The position numbers and the translations under genes were made by a program. The notes under the pieces are model-generated. The model saw only the letters and a list, made by a program, of their open reading frames with translations. It was not told the origin of the DNA and ran no database searches. Positions 29,001 to 38,940 of a DNA stretch of 64,000 nt are shown piece after piece; position 1 is the stretch's first letter, and each line of letters begins with the position of its first letter. Origin of the DNA: an uncultured Gemmatimonadales bacterium (lineage in GTDB: Bacteria > Gemmatimonadota > Gemmatimonadetes > Gemmatimonadales > GWC2-71-9); contig CAWEWK010000015.1 of NCBI GenBank assembly GCA_963812755.1, forward strand, positions 40,590 to 104,589, read 5' to 3'.

Positions 29001-29171
29001 CGGCGACCGCTGGGTATGGCGGTGGTCGGTGGGCTGGCGTTCTCGCAGCTGGTCACGCTCTACGTCACACCGGTTTTCTATACCTACTTCGACGCCCTGC
29101 CCCGCAAGCTGCGCCAACGCTGGCATGCCCTGAGAGGGTCCGGCCGAATGAGGCTCAGCCCGGAACCCTAG
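26067..29171 (+). CDS. RND efflux permease, MdtB/MdtC-like (frameshifts near 26505 and 27322)
   Basis: FIRRPVMTTL, GASPETMASAVATPLE, VVDDAIVMLENI, KKNAIMMIDFA, RFRPIMMTT, spread over three ORF pieces. Confidence 0.88.
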
Positions 29172-30724
29172 TGAAGGTCCACCGGCCTTCGAGCCAGTTC
29201 CTTCGGCTTGCGAAGCAGCAGGATGGCAGGCGCGACGATCAGGAAACCGACCAGCAGGAGCATCCAGGCATCGTTGTAGCTCAGCATGGCCGCCTGCCGC
29301 ATCACTTGTTGCTCGAGCATGGCCAGCGCGCCGCGGTGCGCCGCGTCCACGCCATAGCCGTGCGCCGCGAGGTTCGCGGCGAACGCCTGCACCCGCTGCT
29401 CCACCAGCGGGTTGCCGGCGTAGACGTTGGTGACCAGATCGGCCCGGTGGAGCTGGGTGTGGGTGGTGACGTAGGTCGCGAGCACCGCGATCCCGAACGA
29501 GCCGCCGAGCTGCCGGGCGAGGTTGACCAGCCCGGCCGCCTGCTGCGCCTCGCCCGGTTGGAGGCTCGCGAATGCGGCGTTGTTGATCGGCGCGAAGAGC
29601 ATGCCGAGTGCGGCACCGCGGATAATGAGCGCGGCCCGAACATCGCTCTCGCCCGCGGCCACCGTGAGGTGCCCCATCCGCCACATCGCCCCGGTCATGA
29701 GTATGACGCCGATGGCGATGAGCACCCGCGCATCCACCAGCGGCTTGGGCCCGTTCAGCAGCCGGCCGCAAGCCAGCGCGGCGACCGCCGTGGCGATGCC
29801 GCCCGGAAGCAGCGCCAGCCCGGTCTCAGTGGGCGTGAATTGCAGAATGCTCTGGGTGAACAGCGGGAAGATGAATACGCCACCGTAGAGCGCGAAGCCG
29901 AGCGCGACTAACAGGAAGATCGACGCCGAGAGCTGGCGATTCTTGAGCAGGCGGAACTGGACTACCGGTTGCCGGTTCTGCGGAGACAGCTCCCACCAGA
30001 GCATCGCCACGAGCGCCGCCGCCGCGGTCACGGCAAGCCGGGTGATCCAGGCATTGGAGAACCAGTCCTTCGAGTTCCCCTCCTCCAGCACGTACTGGAG
30101 CGACCCGAGGCCAACCGTGAGGAGCCCAATCCCGAGCCAGTCGACGGCGCCGCCGCGTCGCTGCTGGCCGGGCGGGTCCTTGAGGAACGTGCTCACCAGG
30201 AAGATGGACACGATGCCGATCGGCACGTTGATGAAGAAGCACCAGTGCCACTGGTAGTTGTCCGTGATCCAGCCGCCGAGCGTGGGGCCTAGAGTTGGCG
30301 CCACGATGAGCCCGACCAGGAAGATGGCCTGGACCATCCCTTGCTGCTCCTGCGGGAAGATCTGCCGGATCGTCGCCTGCGCCGTAGAGAGCAGGGCTGC
30401 ACCCCCGGCGCCCTGCAGGATGCGCCAGAACACCAACTCCGTAAGCGAGTTCGACGTGCCGCAGAAGAACGAGGCGGCGACGAACACGATGATGGATGCC
30501 GTGAGGTAGCGCTGCCGGCCGAACCGCTCGGTGAAGAAAGCCGTCATCGGGAGGAAGATGACGTTCGAGAGGATGTACCCGGTCGCGACCCAGCCGATCT
30601 CCTCCTGAGTGGCACCGAGGTTCCCGGCCATGTGGGGCAGCGCCACGTTTACGATCGTGGTGTCGAGCACCTCCATGACGGCCGCCGTGATCAGCCCAAG
30701 CAGGATGAGCCAGCGGTGCTTCAT
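29168..30724 (-). CDS. DHA2 (EmrB/QacA) family MFS efflux permease
   Basis: MEVLDTTIVNVALP, WRILQGAGG, PTLGPTLGGWITD, FFINVPIG, RQLGGSFG. Confidence 0.95.
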   Translation of the reverse strand: MKHRWLILLGLITAAVMEVLDTTIVNVALPHMAGNLGATQEEIGWVATGYILSNVIFLPMTAFFTERFGRQRYLTASIIVFVAASFFCGTSNSLTELVFWRILQGAGGAALLSTAQATIRQIFPQEQQGMVQAIFLVGLIVAPTLGPTLGGWITDNYQWHWCFFINVPIGIVSIFLVSTFLKDPPGQQRRGGAVDWLGIGLLTVGLGSLQYVLEEGNSKDWFSNAWITRLAVTAAAALVAMLWWELSPQNRQPVVQFRLLKNRQLSASIFLLVALGFALYGGVFIFPLFTQSILQFTPTETGLALLPGGIATAVAALACGRLLNGPKPLVDARVLIAIGVILMTGAMWRMGHLTVAAGESDVRAALIIRGAALGMLFAPINNAAFASLQPGEAQQAAGLVNLARQLGGSFGIAVLATYVTTHTQLHRADLVTNVYAGNPLVEQRVQAFAANLAAHGYGVDAAHRGALAMLEQQVMRQAAMLSYNDAWMLLLVGFLIVAPAILLLRKPKELARRPVDLH

Positions 30725-31782
30725 TCTGTCTCCACGTGAGCTGCCACCGACATCCCGGGCCGCAGCGGCCGGGCAGCCCCACATCCCTGGGTGACCGCGA
30801 TGCGCACCGGGACGCGCTGCACCACCTTAGTGAAGTTCCCGGTGGCATTGTCCGGTGGAAGCAGCGCGAACTTGGCCCCCGTGGCCGGACTCAGGCTCTC
30901 CACCTTCCCGAGCGCGGTACAGCCGCCGTAGGCGTCGATGTCGATCTCCGCCGGCTGGCCGACCCGCATCTTCGAGAGCTGCGTTTCCTTGTAGTTCGCG
31001 GTCACCCAGATCCCGGTATCCGCCACCGCGGACATCAAGGTCTGCCCCGGCTCCACCAGCTGTCCGACCTCGATGAGCTTCCTCGACACCACTCCGGCGA
31101 CCGGGGCAGTGATCCTGGTGTAGGAGAGCTGCAGCGCTGCGTTGTCGCGAGAGGCCTTTGCCGCCGCGAGCTTGGCCTCCGCAACGCGCACGCCCGCCTC
31201 GGCGCTGGTCACGGTCGCGCCGCCGGCCGCGGCCTGGCGCTGCTGGGCCTGGAGATTCGCCGTCGCCGCGTCGGCTTCCGCTCGCGCGGCGTCCAACTGT
31301 TGCTTCGAAACGATCTGCTTCGCGGCGAGCTCCTCGATGCGCGAGAGGTCGGATCTCGCCTTCGTGGCGGTGGCGCGCGCCGCCGCGATCTGTGCGTCCA
31401 GCGCCGCGCGCTGGCCGGCGGCAGTCGCCACCTCTGCCCGTGCCTGGCCGATGGCGCCGCGCCCGCCGACCGCTGCCTGCGCTGCCGCCAGGTCCGCATC
31501 GGCCTGAGCCAGCTGCACCTTGTATACGGCGTCGTCGATCTGCGCCAACCATTGCCCGGCCCTGACCGAGTCGTTGTCGCTCACTTCGACCAGGGTGATG
31601 TACCCGCCCACCCTGGCGAGCACGGGGATGATGTGCCCGTCCACCTGGGCGTCGTCGGTCGAGGCATGAGTGCGGGCGTAGTGCCACTTACTCACTCCCC
31701 AGCCGAGCGCTGCCAATGCAAGCACTCCGAGAGGCGCGAGCAGGAGCTTACGCCGCTCGCTGTGGCTCGTGATCCACTTCAC
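30721..31782 (-). CDS. HlyD/EmrA family adaptor
   Basis: STDDAQV, WVTANYKETQL, FALLPPDNATGNFTKVVQRVPVRI. Confidence 0.95.
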   Translation of the reverse strand: MKWITSHSERRKLLLAPLGVLALAALGWGVSKWHYARTHASTDDAQVDGHIIPVLARVGGYITLVEVSDNDSVRAGQWLAQIDDAVYKVQLAQADADLAAAQAAVGGRGAIGQARAEVATAAGQRAALDAQIAAARATATKARSDLSRIEELAAKQIVSKQQLDAARAEADAATANLQAQQRQAAAGGATVTSAEAGVRVAEAKLAAAKASRDNAALQLSYTRITAPVAGVVSRKLIEVGQLVEPGQTLMSAVADTGIWVTANYKETQLSKMRVGQPAEIDIDAYGGCTALGKVESLSPATGAKFALLPPDNATGNFTKVVQRVPVRIAVTQGCGAARPLRPGMSVAAHVETE

Positions 31783-31830
31783 GCTCGATCGTCGTTGCCA
31801 TTTGGCTGATCCTTGATGGTGGCTGAAGCC

Positions 31831-33192
31831 TTACCGGAGGGTCGTGATGGAGCCTTGCGCTCTCGCCAGCGCCACGCGCCCCGACTGGTACGCCGTGAGC
31901 GCGTCAACCAACTGGGTCCGCGCGTCGTTGACCTCGAGCGACGCTGTGATCGCGTCCGCGTTGCCGGCCACGCCCGCCTGAAATCGGTCTTGCGCCTGCG
32001 CCAGCTCCTGCTGCGCCAGGCGCAGCCGCTCGCGCGCGGCGTCCACCTGCTCCCGCGCCGAGGTGAGGTCGAGCAGGGCGCCGCGAACCTCGATGGCTGC
32101 CTGTTGCTCCAGGTCATGGCGGTGGACCTCGATTTCCCGGGCCGCCGCTTGTTGCTCCTCCGCCCGGCCCTCGCGGCCGAAGCCGTCGAGGATCGGCAGG
32201 GTGACCTGCACCCCCCAGGTGTAGGTTCCGAGCAGGTGGTCGCTCTTGCCGATGAGGCCCTGGTCGCCGAACACGCTGAGGGTGGGCAGGCGCTCCGCTC
32301 TGATCGCGGTCAATCCTTGCCGCGCGGCTTGGAGCTGCTCGTCGGCGGCATGCAGGTCGGGACGCTGCCGCAGCGCGCGCTCGATGGCCGCCTTCTCGTC
32401 GGGGAGGGTATCGCGTACGGGCAGCGCGTCCAGCGAGTCGGCGAGCTGCACCTCGCTGTCGAGGGGGAGACCGAGCGCCCGCAACAGGTCGAGCCGGGCG
32501 CGATCGCGCCGGTTCCGCAGCGCGATCAGCTGCGCTCGTACCGAGGCGACCTGCGATTCGGCACGGGTGACGTCGAGCCCCACCCCGACACCGGCTCGGA
32601 GCTGAGCCCTCGCGATGAGAAGCAGCGAGTCGGCGAGCACTGAATCGGCCAACCGGGCAGTCACCTGGGCGTCGGCGCTCTCCGTGCGCAGGTACGCGCT
32701 CGCGGCGGTGTCCCCAGCCTGCTCGGCGGCGTTCCCGGCGTCGGCATCGCTGGCCCGGGCGCTCGCGCCGGCGCTGCGCACTCGCTCGATCGCGCCGACA
32801 TCAACCAAGGTCTGGGACAGCCGACCCCGAACGTCGAGGGTATTGACCCCCTTGATCACCTGCCCGTTCGGAGCAAACAGGGGAGGCTGCCCGGCCGGCG
32901 TGGGGATGTCGATCCCGAGCGTGGCGGTGTTGAAGCTGCGCCCTTCCTGCTGGGCGTAAGCCGAGAGGTTCGGCAACAGGTCCGCGCGCCTCTGCTTCAC
33001 CCGCGCGTGGGCTTGCTCGGCACCGTACCGCGCAGCCTCGGCCACCGCGCTCTGCTCCGCGGCCAGGCGCACGGCATCACCCAACGTGAGACGGTGTGCG
33101 GGGGCGGGATCCTGTGCCGCCGCCCGACTGGTGATCAGGACGATGAGGGAGAGTGCGGTCGCGGCGCGCCGGATCAATTGGTAGCTTGGCAT
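31831..33192 (-). CDS. TolC family protein
   Basis: Signal peptide; LTLGDAVRLA, ALRQRPDL, LPILDG, DRFQAGVA. Confidence 0.9.
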   Translation of the reverse strand: MPSYQLIRRAATALSLIVLITSRAAAQDPAPAHRLTLGDAVRLAAEQSAVAEAARYGAEQAHARVKQRRADLLPNLSAYAQQEGRSFNTATLGIDIPTPAGQPPLFAPNGQVIKGVNTLDVRGRLSQTLVDVGAIERVRSAGASARASDADAGNAAEQAGDTAASAYLRTESADAQVTARLADSVLADSLLLIARAQLRAGVGVGLDVTRAESQVASVRAQLIALRNRRDRARLDLLRALGLPLDSEVQLADSLDALPVRDTLPDEKAAIERALRQRPDLHAADEQLQAARQGLTAIRAERLPTLSVFGDQGLIGKSDHLLGTYTWGVQVTLPILDGFGREGRAEEQQAAAREIEVHRHDLEQQAAIEVRGALLDLTSAREQVDAARERLRLAQQELAQAQDRFQAGVAGNADAITASLEVNDARTQLVDALTAYQSGRVALARAQGSITTLR

Positions 33193-33242
33193 GATCCGCC
33201 CAAAGTGGCCCGCTGGGGAAGGCAAGGCTTGAACTCCCCTGC

Positions 33243-33293
33243 TCCCTCGATCGGGGAAGTAGTGCCGCGAATTGTCCTCCCCCGACTGGGGGA
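33243..33293. promoter_or_regulatory. Pair of palindromic boxes, centres 35 bp apart
   Basis: TCCCTCG-AT-CGGGGAA and TCCCCCG-AC-TGGGGGA in the divergent TolC/PAP2 region. Confidence 0.6.
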
Positions 33294-33341
33294 GTCGCGG
33301 GGTCCAAGCCTCGGCTGACTGACGGGCCCACTTTGAGTTAC

Positions 33342-33491
33342 GTGAACACCGACCGGCTCAGCGCCAAGGCTCTCCGTGACACGGCGTCCGCCATAGCGAC
33401 GATCTTCTCCGTCCTGGCGCTGTTCGGGGTATGCGCGGTATTTGCGGGAGTAGGGGGATTGGCGGCGCTCCTGCTCGACCGCGATCGGTGA
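33342..33491 (+). CDS. Putative 49-aa single-TM small protein
   Basis: Below the ORF-track cutoff; GTG start; MNTDRLSAKALRDTASAIATIFSVLALFGVCAVFAGVGGLAALLLDRDR. Confidence 0.45.
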   Translation: MNTDRLSAKALRDTASAIATIFSVLALFGVCAVFAGVGGLAALLLDRDR

Positions 33492-33534
33492 GCCGCCAGA
33501 GGGTCGGTCCGTGGGCCTGAGAAACGAGCCCGAA

Positions 33535-34329
33535 ATGCGTGCCGTATTCGTCGCAACTGCACTCTTCACTGCCGGATTGTGGACCGCGCCCGCGGCGGCC
33601 CAGGACCTCATCCCACCGGCGTTGGTCAGCGCCTCGGCAGCGCGGGATAGCACACCGAGCCTTGCTCTTCCCCCAGGTACCATGGCTGCACCTCACGTGG
33701 TGCGCTGGTGGGAAGTGGCAGCAGTTGGGGGCGGAGTCGGGGCTCTGCTGGCGGACGACGGTCACGTGCTCGACGAGGTGCGGGAACATCCCACCAGTGA
33801 GGCCGGAGATCTCGCCTCCGCGTTTCGGCTGGCGGGAGACACCAAGACCTTTGCCGCGCTGACTCTGGGGACCCTGGGAACCGGTCTACTGGCCAACGAC
33901 CCGGGTATTACCCGGACCGGTGCCCAGCTCGCCGCCTCCGGAGCACTGGCCGCAGCCAGTTTCGGACTCTTGAAGCTGGTCGCCGGCCGCTCGCGGCCGG
34001 ACGCGGGCAAGGGGGCGTACGACTTCCATCCTTTCGGCGGCGGAGGAGCGTTCGCCTCGGGACATAGCGCGATGGCCTTCGCCATGGCCACCACGCTGGG
34101 AGACGCCTCCCATAGCATCTGGGTGAGCGCGGGACTCTACACCATCGCAGCCGGGACCGCATGGTCGCGGGTCTACGACGGGCGGCACTGGCCGAGCGAT
34201 GTGTTCCTGGGCGCAGCGCTGGGCGTGACCTCGGCCAAGCTGGTGAGCGGCCGGTGGCGGATGTTTGGGGTTCGGTTTCCTGGCTTCCTGATGTCGCCGC
34301 GTGGCGCGGGCTTGCAGGTGAGCTTTTGA
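33535..34329 (+). CDS. PAP2 family phosphatase
   Basis: KLVAGRSRP, FASGHS, SRVYDGRHWPSDV motifs; signal peptide. Confidence 0.92.
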   Translation: MRAVFVATALFTAGLWTAPAAAQDLIPPALVSASAARDSTPSLALPPGTMAAPHVVRWWEVAAVGGGVGALLADDGHVLDEVREHPTSEAGDLASAFRLAGDTKTFAALTLGTLGTGLLANDPGITRTGAQLAASGALAAASFGLLKLVAGRSRPDAGKGAYDFHPFGGGGAFASGHSAMAFAMATTLGDASHSIWVSAGLYTIAAGTAWSRVYDGRHWPSDVFLGAALGVTSAKLVSGRWRMFGVRFPGFLMSPRGAGLQVSF

Positions 34330-34330
34330 A

Positions 34331-35338
34331 CTACACCGTCGAGCCCTGCACCGAAGCCAGCAATACCGGCTGCCCATCCGGGTCCCTGGTGGCCAGGGCT
34401 CGAAAGCGCGCAGCATCGGGTCCGAACGTCGCCGCTGGCGCCACGGGCGTTCCCGCCGCCGCGAGCGAGGCACCGAGCGGCTCGATCGCATCCGCGTCCG
34501 CCGCGAGCGCGTAGTGCGCGACCTGGCCCGCGCCCATCTGCACCGGGCGCTCGCGCGACGGTGAGCGCTCGAAGTAGGTCACCAGGGTGCCCGGTGCCCC
34601 GGCGCCCACGCCCCAGTACCAGTGGAACGAGCCCACGTCGTCGAAGTTGTTGGTCCGCTTCACCCGGCGCATGCCAAGCTGTCCCGCCACGAACGCTGCC
34701 GTGCTCTCGATGCTCTGCCCGATGGCGGTGACATGGTGTAACCCCGGGATCCGCATGCGCTCGGTGATCTCGCGCACGGGGTCCGGCCAATTCTCCGCGG
34801 CGATGCGGGCCCGGTCCCGGTTGGTGTTGATCATCTCCTCCGGCGGACTCCGGTGTTCCTCGCCGATCCGTTCGGCCGGCTCGTCGATGGTCCATCCGGG
34901 CCCCAAGGTCGCCAGCTCGACGATCTGGCCGTCCGGGTCCTTGATGTAGATCGACTGGAAGTAGTGCCGGTCGAGGATCCCGTTCACCGCATAGCCCTCG
35001 TCCAGGAAGCGGCGCTTCCACCTGAGCAGCACCTCGCGGTCCGCCACGGCAAGCGCGAAGTGGTGGGTGCCGCCGATGCCGGGAACGCCCTGAGCCGCGT
35101 CTCGATGCTCGACGACCGCGATCAGGCTGCCGGGACGCCCTGCAGGGTTGCCGAACCAGCGCGCCGTCGCCTCGCCGATCTGCCCCGACGGCGCCATCGT
35201 GGATACCGGAAGCGGGCCGCTTCCCACGTCCGCCAGCCCGAGGATGCGGCCGTAGAAGTCCGCCGAGCGGGCGAGGTCGCGCGCGACGAGTGCGATGTGG
35301 TGCAGGCCGGCCACGCCGGTGGATTTGCTAGAGGTCAT
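34331..35338 (-). CDS. VOC family (ring-cleaving dioxygenase/glyoxalase-like) protein
   Basis: GLHHIAL, GGTHHFAL, DRHYFQSIYIKDPDGQIVELAT, second GLHHVT repeat. Confidence 0.9.
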   Translation of the reverse strand: MTSSKSTGVAGLHHIALVARDLARSADFYGRILGLADVGSGPLPVSTMAPSGQIGEATARWFGNPAGRPGSLIAVVEHRDAAQGVPGIGGTHHFALAVADREVLLRWKRRFLDEGYAVNGILDRHYFQSIYIKDPDGQIVELATLGPGWTIDEPAERIGEEHRSPPEEMINTNRDRARIAAENWPDPVREITERMRIPGLHHVTAIGQSIESTAAFVAGQLGMRRVKRTNNFDDVGSFHWYWGVGAGAPGTLVTYFERSPSRERPVQMGAGQVAHYALAADADAIEPLGASLAAAGTPVAPAATFGPDAARFRALATRDPDGQPVLLASVQGSTV

Positions 35339-35390
35339 AGTGACATGGATTAAAGGACATATGTTGTCAGATCGGAACCGCCGCGACGAT

Positions 35391-35861
35391 CTAGGGCTTC
35401 TCCGCATAGCCCCGCGTGACCTGCTCCCTCACCCGCCAGCGCCCGTTGTCCTCGACCCAGAGCCGCCCATACTGAAGCCTGTAGGCAAAGTCGTTGGACT
35501 CCCCACGGTACCGGCCACGCACGGTAAGCAGCCCGCTGACCCACACCGCGCGGGTATAGATGGTGATCCGCTGAGGTCGCGCCAGGTGCTGCTCGTAGGT
35601 GACGGAATCGCGGAGGAATCTGAGCCACGACTCCTTGGTATCCCGCTCCCCGGTCCAGTGCCGCCACTCGAAGTCATCGGCGTAGAGCGTGTCGAGCGCT
35701 TTCCGATCCTCGGCGACCAGGGCACCCTGCAGATCGGCCTCGGCCGCATGGATCCTTTTGCGCACGAGCGCATCCGATGGTGGCTTGGCGTCCTGCTGGG
35801 CGAGGCCGCGGCCGGCAAGACCGACGCTTGCGAGCAGGAGCGCCAACCACATCCGCCTCAT
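35391..35861 (-). CDS. Secreted NTF2-like (DUF4440) protein
   Basis: Signal peptide; DRKALDTLYADDF...RLWVEDNGRWRV. Confidence 0.8.
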   Translation of the reverse strand: MRRMWLALLLASVGLAGRGLAQQDAKPPSDALVRKRIHAAEADLQGALVAEDRKALDTLYADDFEWRHWTGERDTKESWLRFLRDSVTYEQHLARPQRITIYTRAVWVSGLLTVRGRYRGESNDFAYRLQYGRLWVEDNGRWRVREQVTRGYAEKP

Positions 35862-35958
35862 TGGACCTCCAGGTTCAGGTGCTCAGAAGCGTCCCATGCA
35901 GTCTAGCTTGGGCACGCCCGCCGCTGTAGCATTGTAGGACACCCCCTCCTCGAAACCC

Positions 35959-38940
35959 ATGCCCACTGATATCCCCAGCCGGCTCCAGGCCTCCCTTGGA
36001 GACCGCTACCGCGTGGACCGCGAGCTGGGCCGCGGCGGCATGGCGACGGTCTATCTCGCCCACGACCTGCGACACGATCGGCCCGTCGCACTAAAGGTGT
36101 TCCATCCCCAGCTCGGCGCCGCGCTGGGCGAGCGCTTCCTCCGCGAAATCCGGGTGGCGGCTAGGTTGGGCCACCCTCACATCCTGACGGTCCACGACTC
36201 CGGCGAAGCCGACGGCCTCCTGTGGTACACCATGCCGGTGGTGGACGGGGAGAGCCTGCGCCAACGCATCAAACGCGAGGGCCCGCTGCCCTTGGAAGAA
36301 GCAGTGCGTATCGGCCGGAGCGTCGCCGAGGCGCTCGATTTCGCCCATAGCAAGGGCGTCGTGCACCGAGACATAAAGCCGGAGAACATCCTGTTATTCG
36401 GCGGCGAGCCGATGGTCGCTGATTTCGGGATTGCGCTGGCTCTGGATGCCTCGGACCAGGACCGCCTGACCCAGACGGGATTCTCCTTGGGCACGCCCGC
36501 CTACATGAGCCCGGAACAGGCGCTGGGTGAGACCCGGCTGGACCGCCGCACCGACATCTACAGTCTTGGCTGCGTGGTGTACGAGATGCTGTCGGGCGAG
36601 CCGCCGTACACTGGACCGACGCCCCAGGCAGTGGTCGCCAGACGCCTCCTCGGGCCGCCACCGCCGCTCGGGGCAGTGCGCGAAGTGTCTGAGTCGCTCG
36701 AGCAGGCGATTCACAAGGCGCTGGCCCGGAACGCTGCCGACCGGTTCGCCACCGGCCGGGACTTCGCGCGCGCGCTCGCCGAGGCGACGGCATCTCCCGG
36801 CGGGACCACCGTACCCCGGATGGCGACCCAAGTCGCCCGCGGCAGATCCCGGACAAGGCTGGCCGCCGTATCGCTCCTGGTGCTCGCCGTGGCCTCGGCC
36901 CTGGTATGGATGACATTGAGGCGCTCCGGCACCGCTCCACTGTCCCAAAGCCGGCTGGCCGTCCTCCCCTTCTCGGTGCCTGCCGCTGGACAGTTCGGCT
37001 ACCTCGCGGAGGGCATGGTGGATCTCCTGAGCCGGAACCTGAACGGCGTCGGAGAGCAGGTGACGGTGGACCCCGGCCGGGTCATGTCGGCGCTCGGCGG
37101 CAGCGAGAAGCGCGGCGTACAGGACGCCGAACGCGGCCACGAGATCGCCCGCCGGCTCGGCGCCGGGCGGTACATCCTGGGCAGCGTGCACGCCGCCGGC
37201 GGGCACCTGCGCATTCAGGCGCAGCTCTACGAGGGGAGCACCCGCGCGGTCGAGTCGGTCGCACAGGCTTCGGCCGAAGGGGACAGCACAGCGCTCTTCG
37301 ACCTGGTGGACCGCCTCTCGGCCCAACTGCTGGTGAGCGGCGATCGGAGTCAGGGAGCCCGCCTGGCGCAGACCGCCGCGGTCACGACGAGCTCGCTTCC
37401 CGCTCTCAAGAGCTATCTGGACGCGGAGCGGAACCTGCGGGCCGCGCAGTTCGACTCGGCAGTGGCGGGGTTCCAGGCCGCCACGGCTCTCGACAGCAGC
37501 TTCGCACTGGCACACTACCGGCTGGCGGTGGCGGCGGCGTGGACCGGACGGATGGGCCTGCTGGCGCCGTCCATCACCCGCGCGCTTGCCCTGGCCGACC
37601 GGTTGGGCGAGCGCGACCGCGCCCTGCTCTCGGCATTCGCGGAGATGGCGCATGGCGCGCCGGACTCGGCCGAGCGGCGCTATCGCGAGATCCTGGAGGC
37701 CTATCCCGAAGACCTCGAGGCCCGGTTCCAACTCGCCAACGTCCTCTACAGCTACAACGCGCCGCGGGGCAGACCGCCGGGCGAGGCCAGAGAGCACTAC
37801 GACCGGGTGTTGCAGGTGGACCCGCAGTTCATCTGCCCGATATGACCCATGTTCGACCTCGCCGTGCGCGAGGACGACTGGGCCAGGGCGGACACGCTGA
37901 TCCGGCGGAAATTCCCCCGGGGGCTGCCGTACGATGTGCGGGTCGTGTTCGCCGCCGTCCGTCAGGACACGGCGCGCCTGCGATTGCTCCGCGATGAGGG
38001 GCGGGAGACAGCGGGCCAGAAGGGGCGCCGGAGGGACCGGGCCGTCGAAGCCGGCCTGCTCCTGTCGAGCTACCTCGAGGACCTGGAAAAAGCGGAGGAC
38101 TTCACCCGGCTCAGCACCAAGCCGTCGCTCCCGGCCCGGACCAGGGCTACAGCCCACCTGCTCCTGGCGGATCTCGGCGCGGCCGGCGGCCGTTGGACCG
38201 CGGCGAAGCGGGAGTTCGCCGCGGCCGCGCGGCTGGGCCAGGCCGACTCGGCCCTGATCGGTCGGGCGCTGGCGGCCTCACTCCCGTTCCTCGGCGTGCC
38301 GCGGGACGAGGTTCGTAGGGTCCGCGACGAGGTGGAACGCTGGGGCCCGGGACATGACGCCTCGAGGCCGCTCCCGGAGTCGATCCGGCCGCTCGCGCCC
38401 CATCTGCGGCTCTATCTCCTCGGACTGCTGAGCACGCGGAGCGGTGACGCTGCCGAGGCCCTTCGCTTGGCGAGCGCGCTGGAGACCCTCCCCAGCGCGC
38501 CGGCGTCGCGGGCCGTGGTGCGGAGCCTCGCCCGAACCATCCGGGCCGACGTCGCCGCCGAGTCGGGCCGGACCAACGAGGGGCTGACCCTTCTCGGCGA
38601 CGTGCGGGGCGAGATCCCGTTCGAGCTGCTCACGCTGCCGTACTTCTCCCAGGAGTACGCCCGCTACTTGCGGAGCAGGCTGTTGTTTGAGGTGGGCCGC
38701 GATGAGGAGGCGCTTCGGCTAGTCGAGAACGCGTTCGCGGGAACGCCGGGAGAGCTGTACTACCTCGCGCCGGCCCACCTGCTGCAGGCCGAGATTCAGC
38801 AGCGGCTCGGTAATCGGGAGGCGGCAGCGGAGCAGTACACACGATTCATCGCCCTATGGCGCTCCTGCGACCAACCCCTGCGCCCAATCGTGGAAGGGGC
38901 GAGGACCCAGCTGGCCCGTATGGTAGGGGAGCCGCGTTAG
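35959..38940 (+). CDS. Membrane-anchored Ser/Thr kinase with TolB-N-like and TPR regions; in-frame TGA at 37843-37845 (candidate Sec, CxxU). Otherwise two ORFs, 35959..37845 and 37849..38940
   Basis: GRGGMATV, VALK, HRDIKPEN, DFG, GTPAYMSPEQ; the two ORFs are in the same frame and TPR-like sequence continues across DPQFICPI*PMFDLA; no SD before ATG 37849. Confidence 0.8.
37846..37882 (+). promoter_or_regulatory. Candidate bacterial SECIS hairpin
   Basis: CCCA-t-GT-t-CG-a-CCTCGC [CGTGC] GCGAGG-a-CGAC-TGGG directly after the TGA; loop starts 17 nt downstream with G in position 2. Confidence 0.55.
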
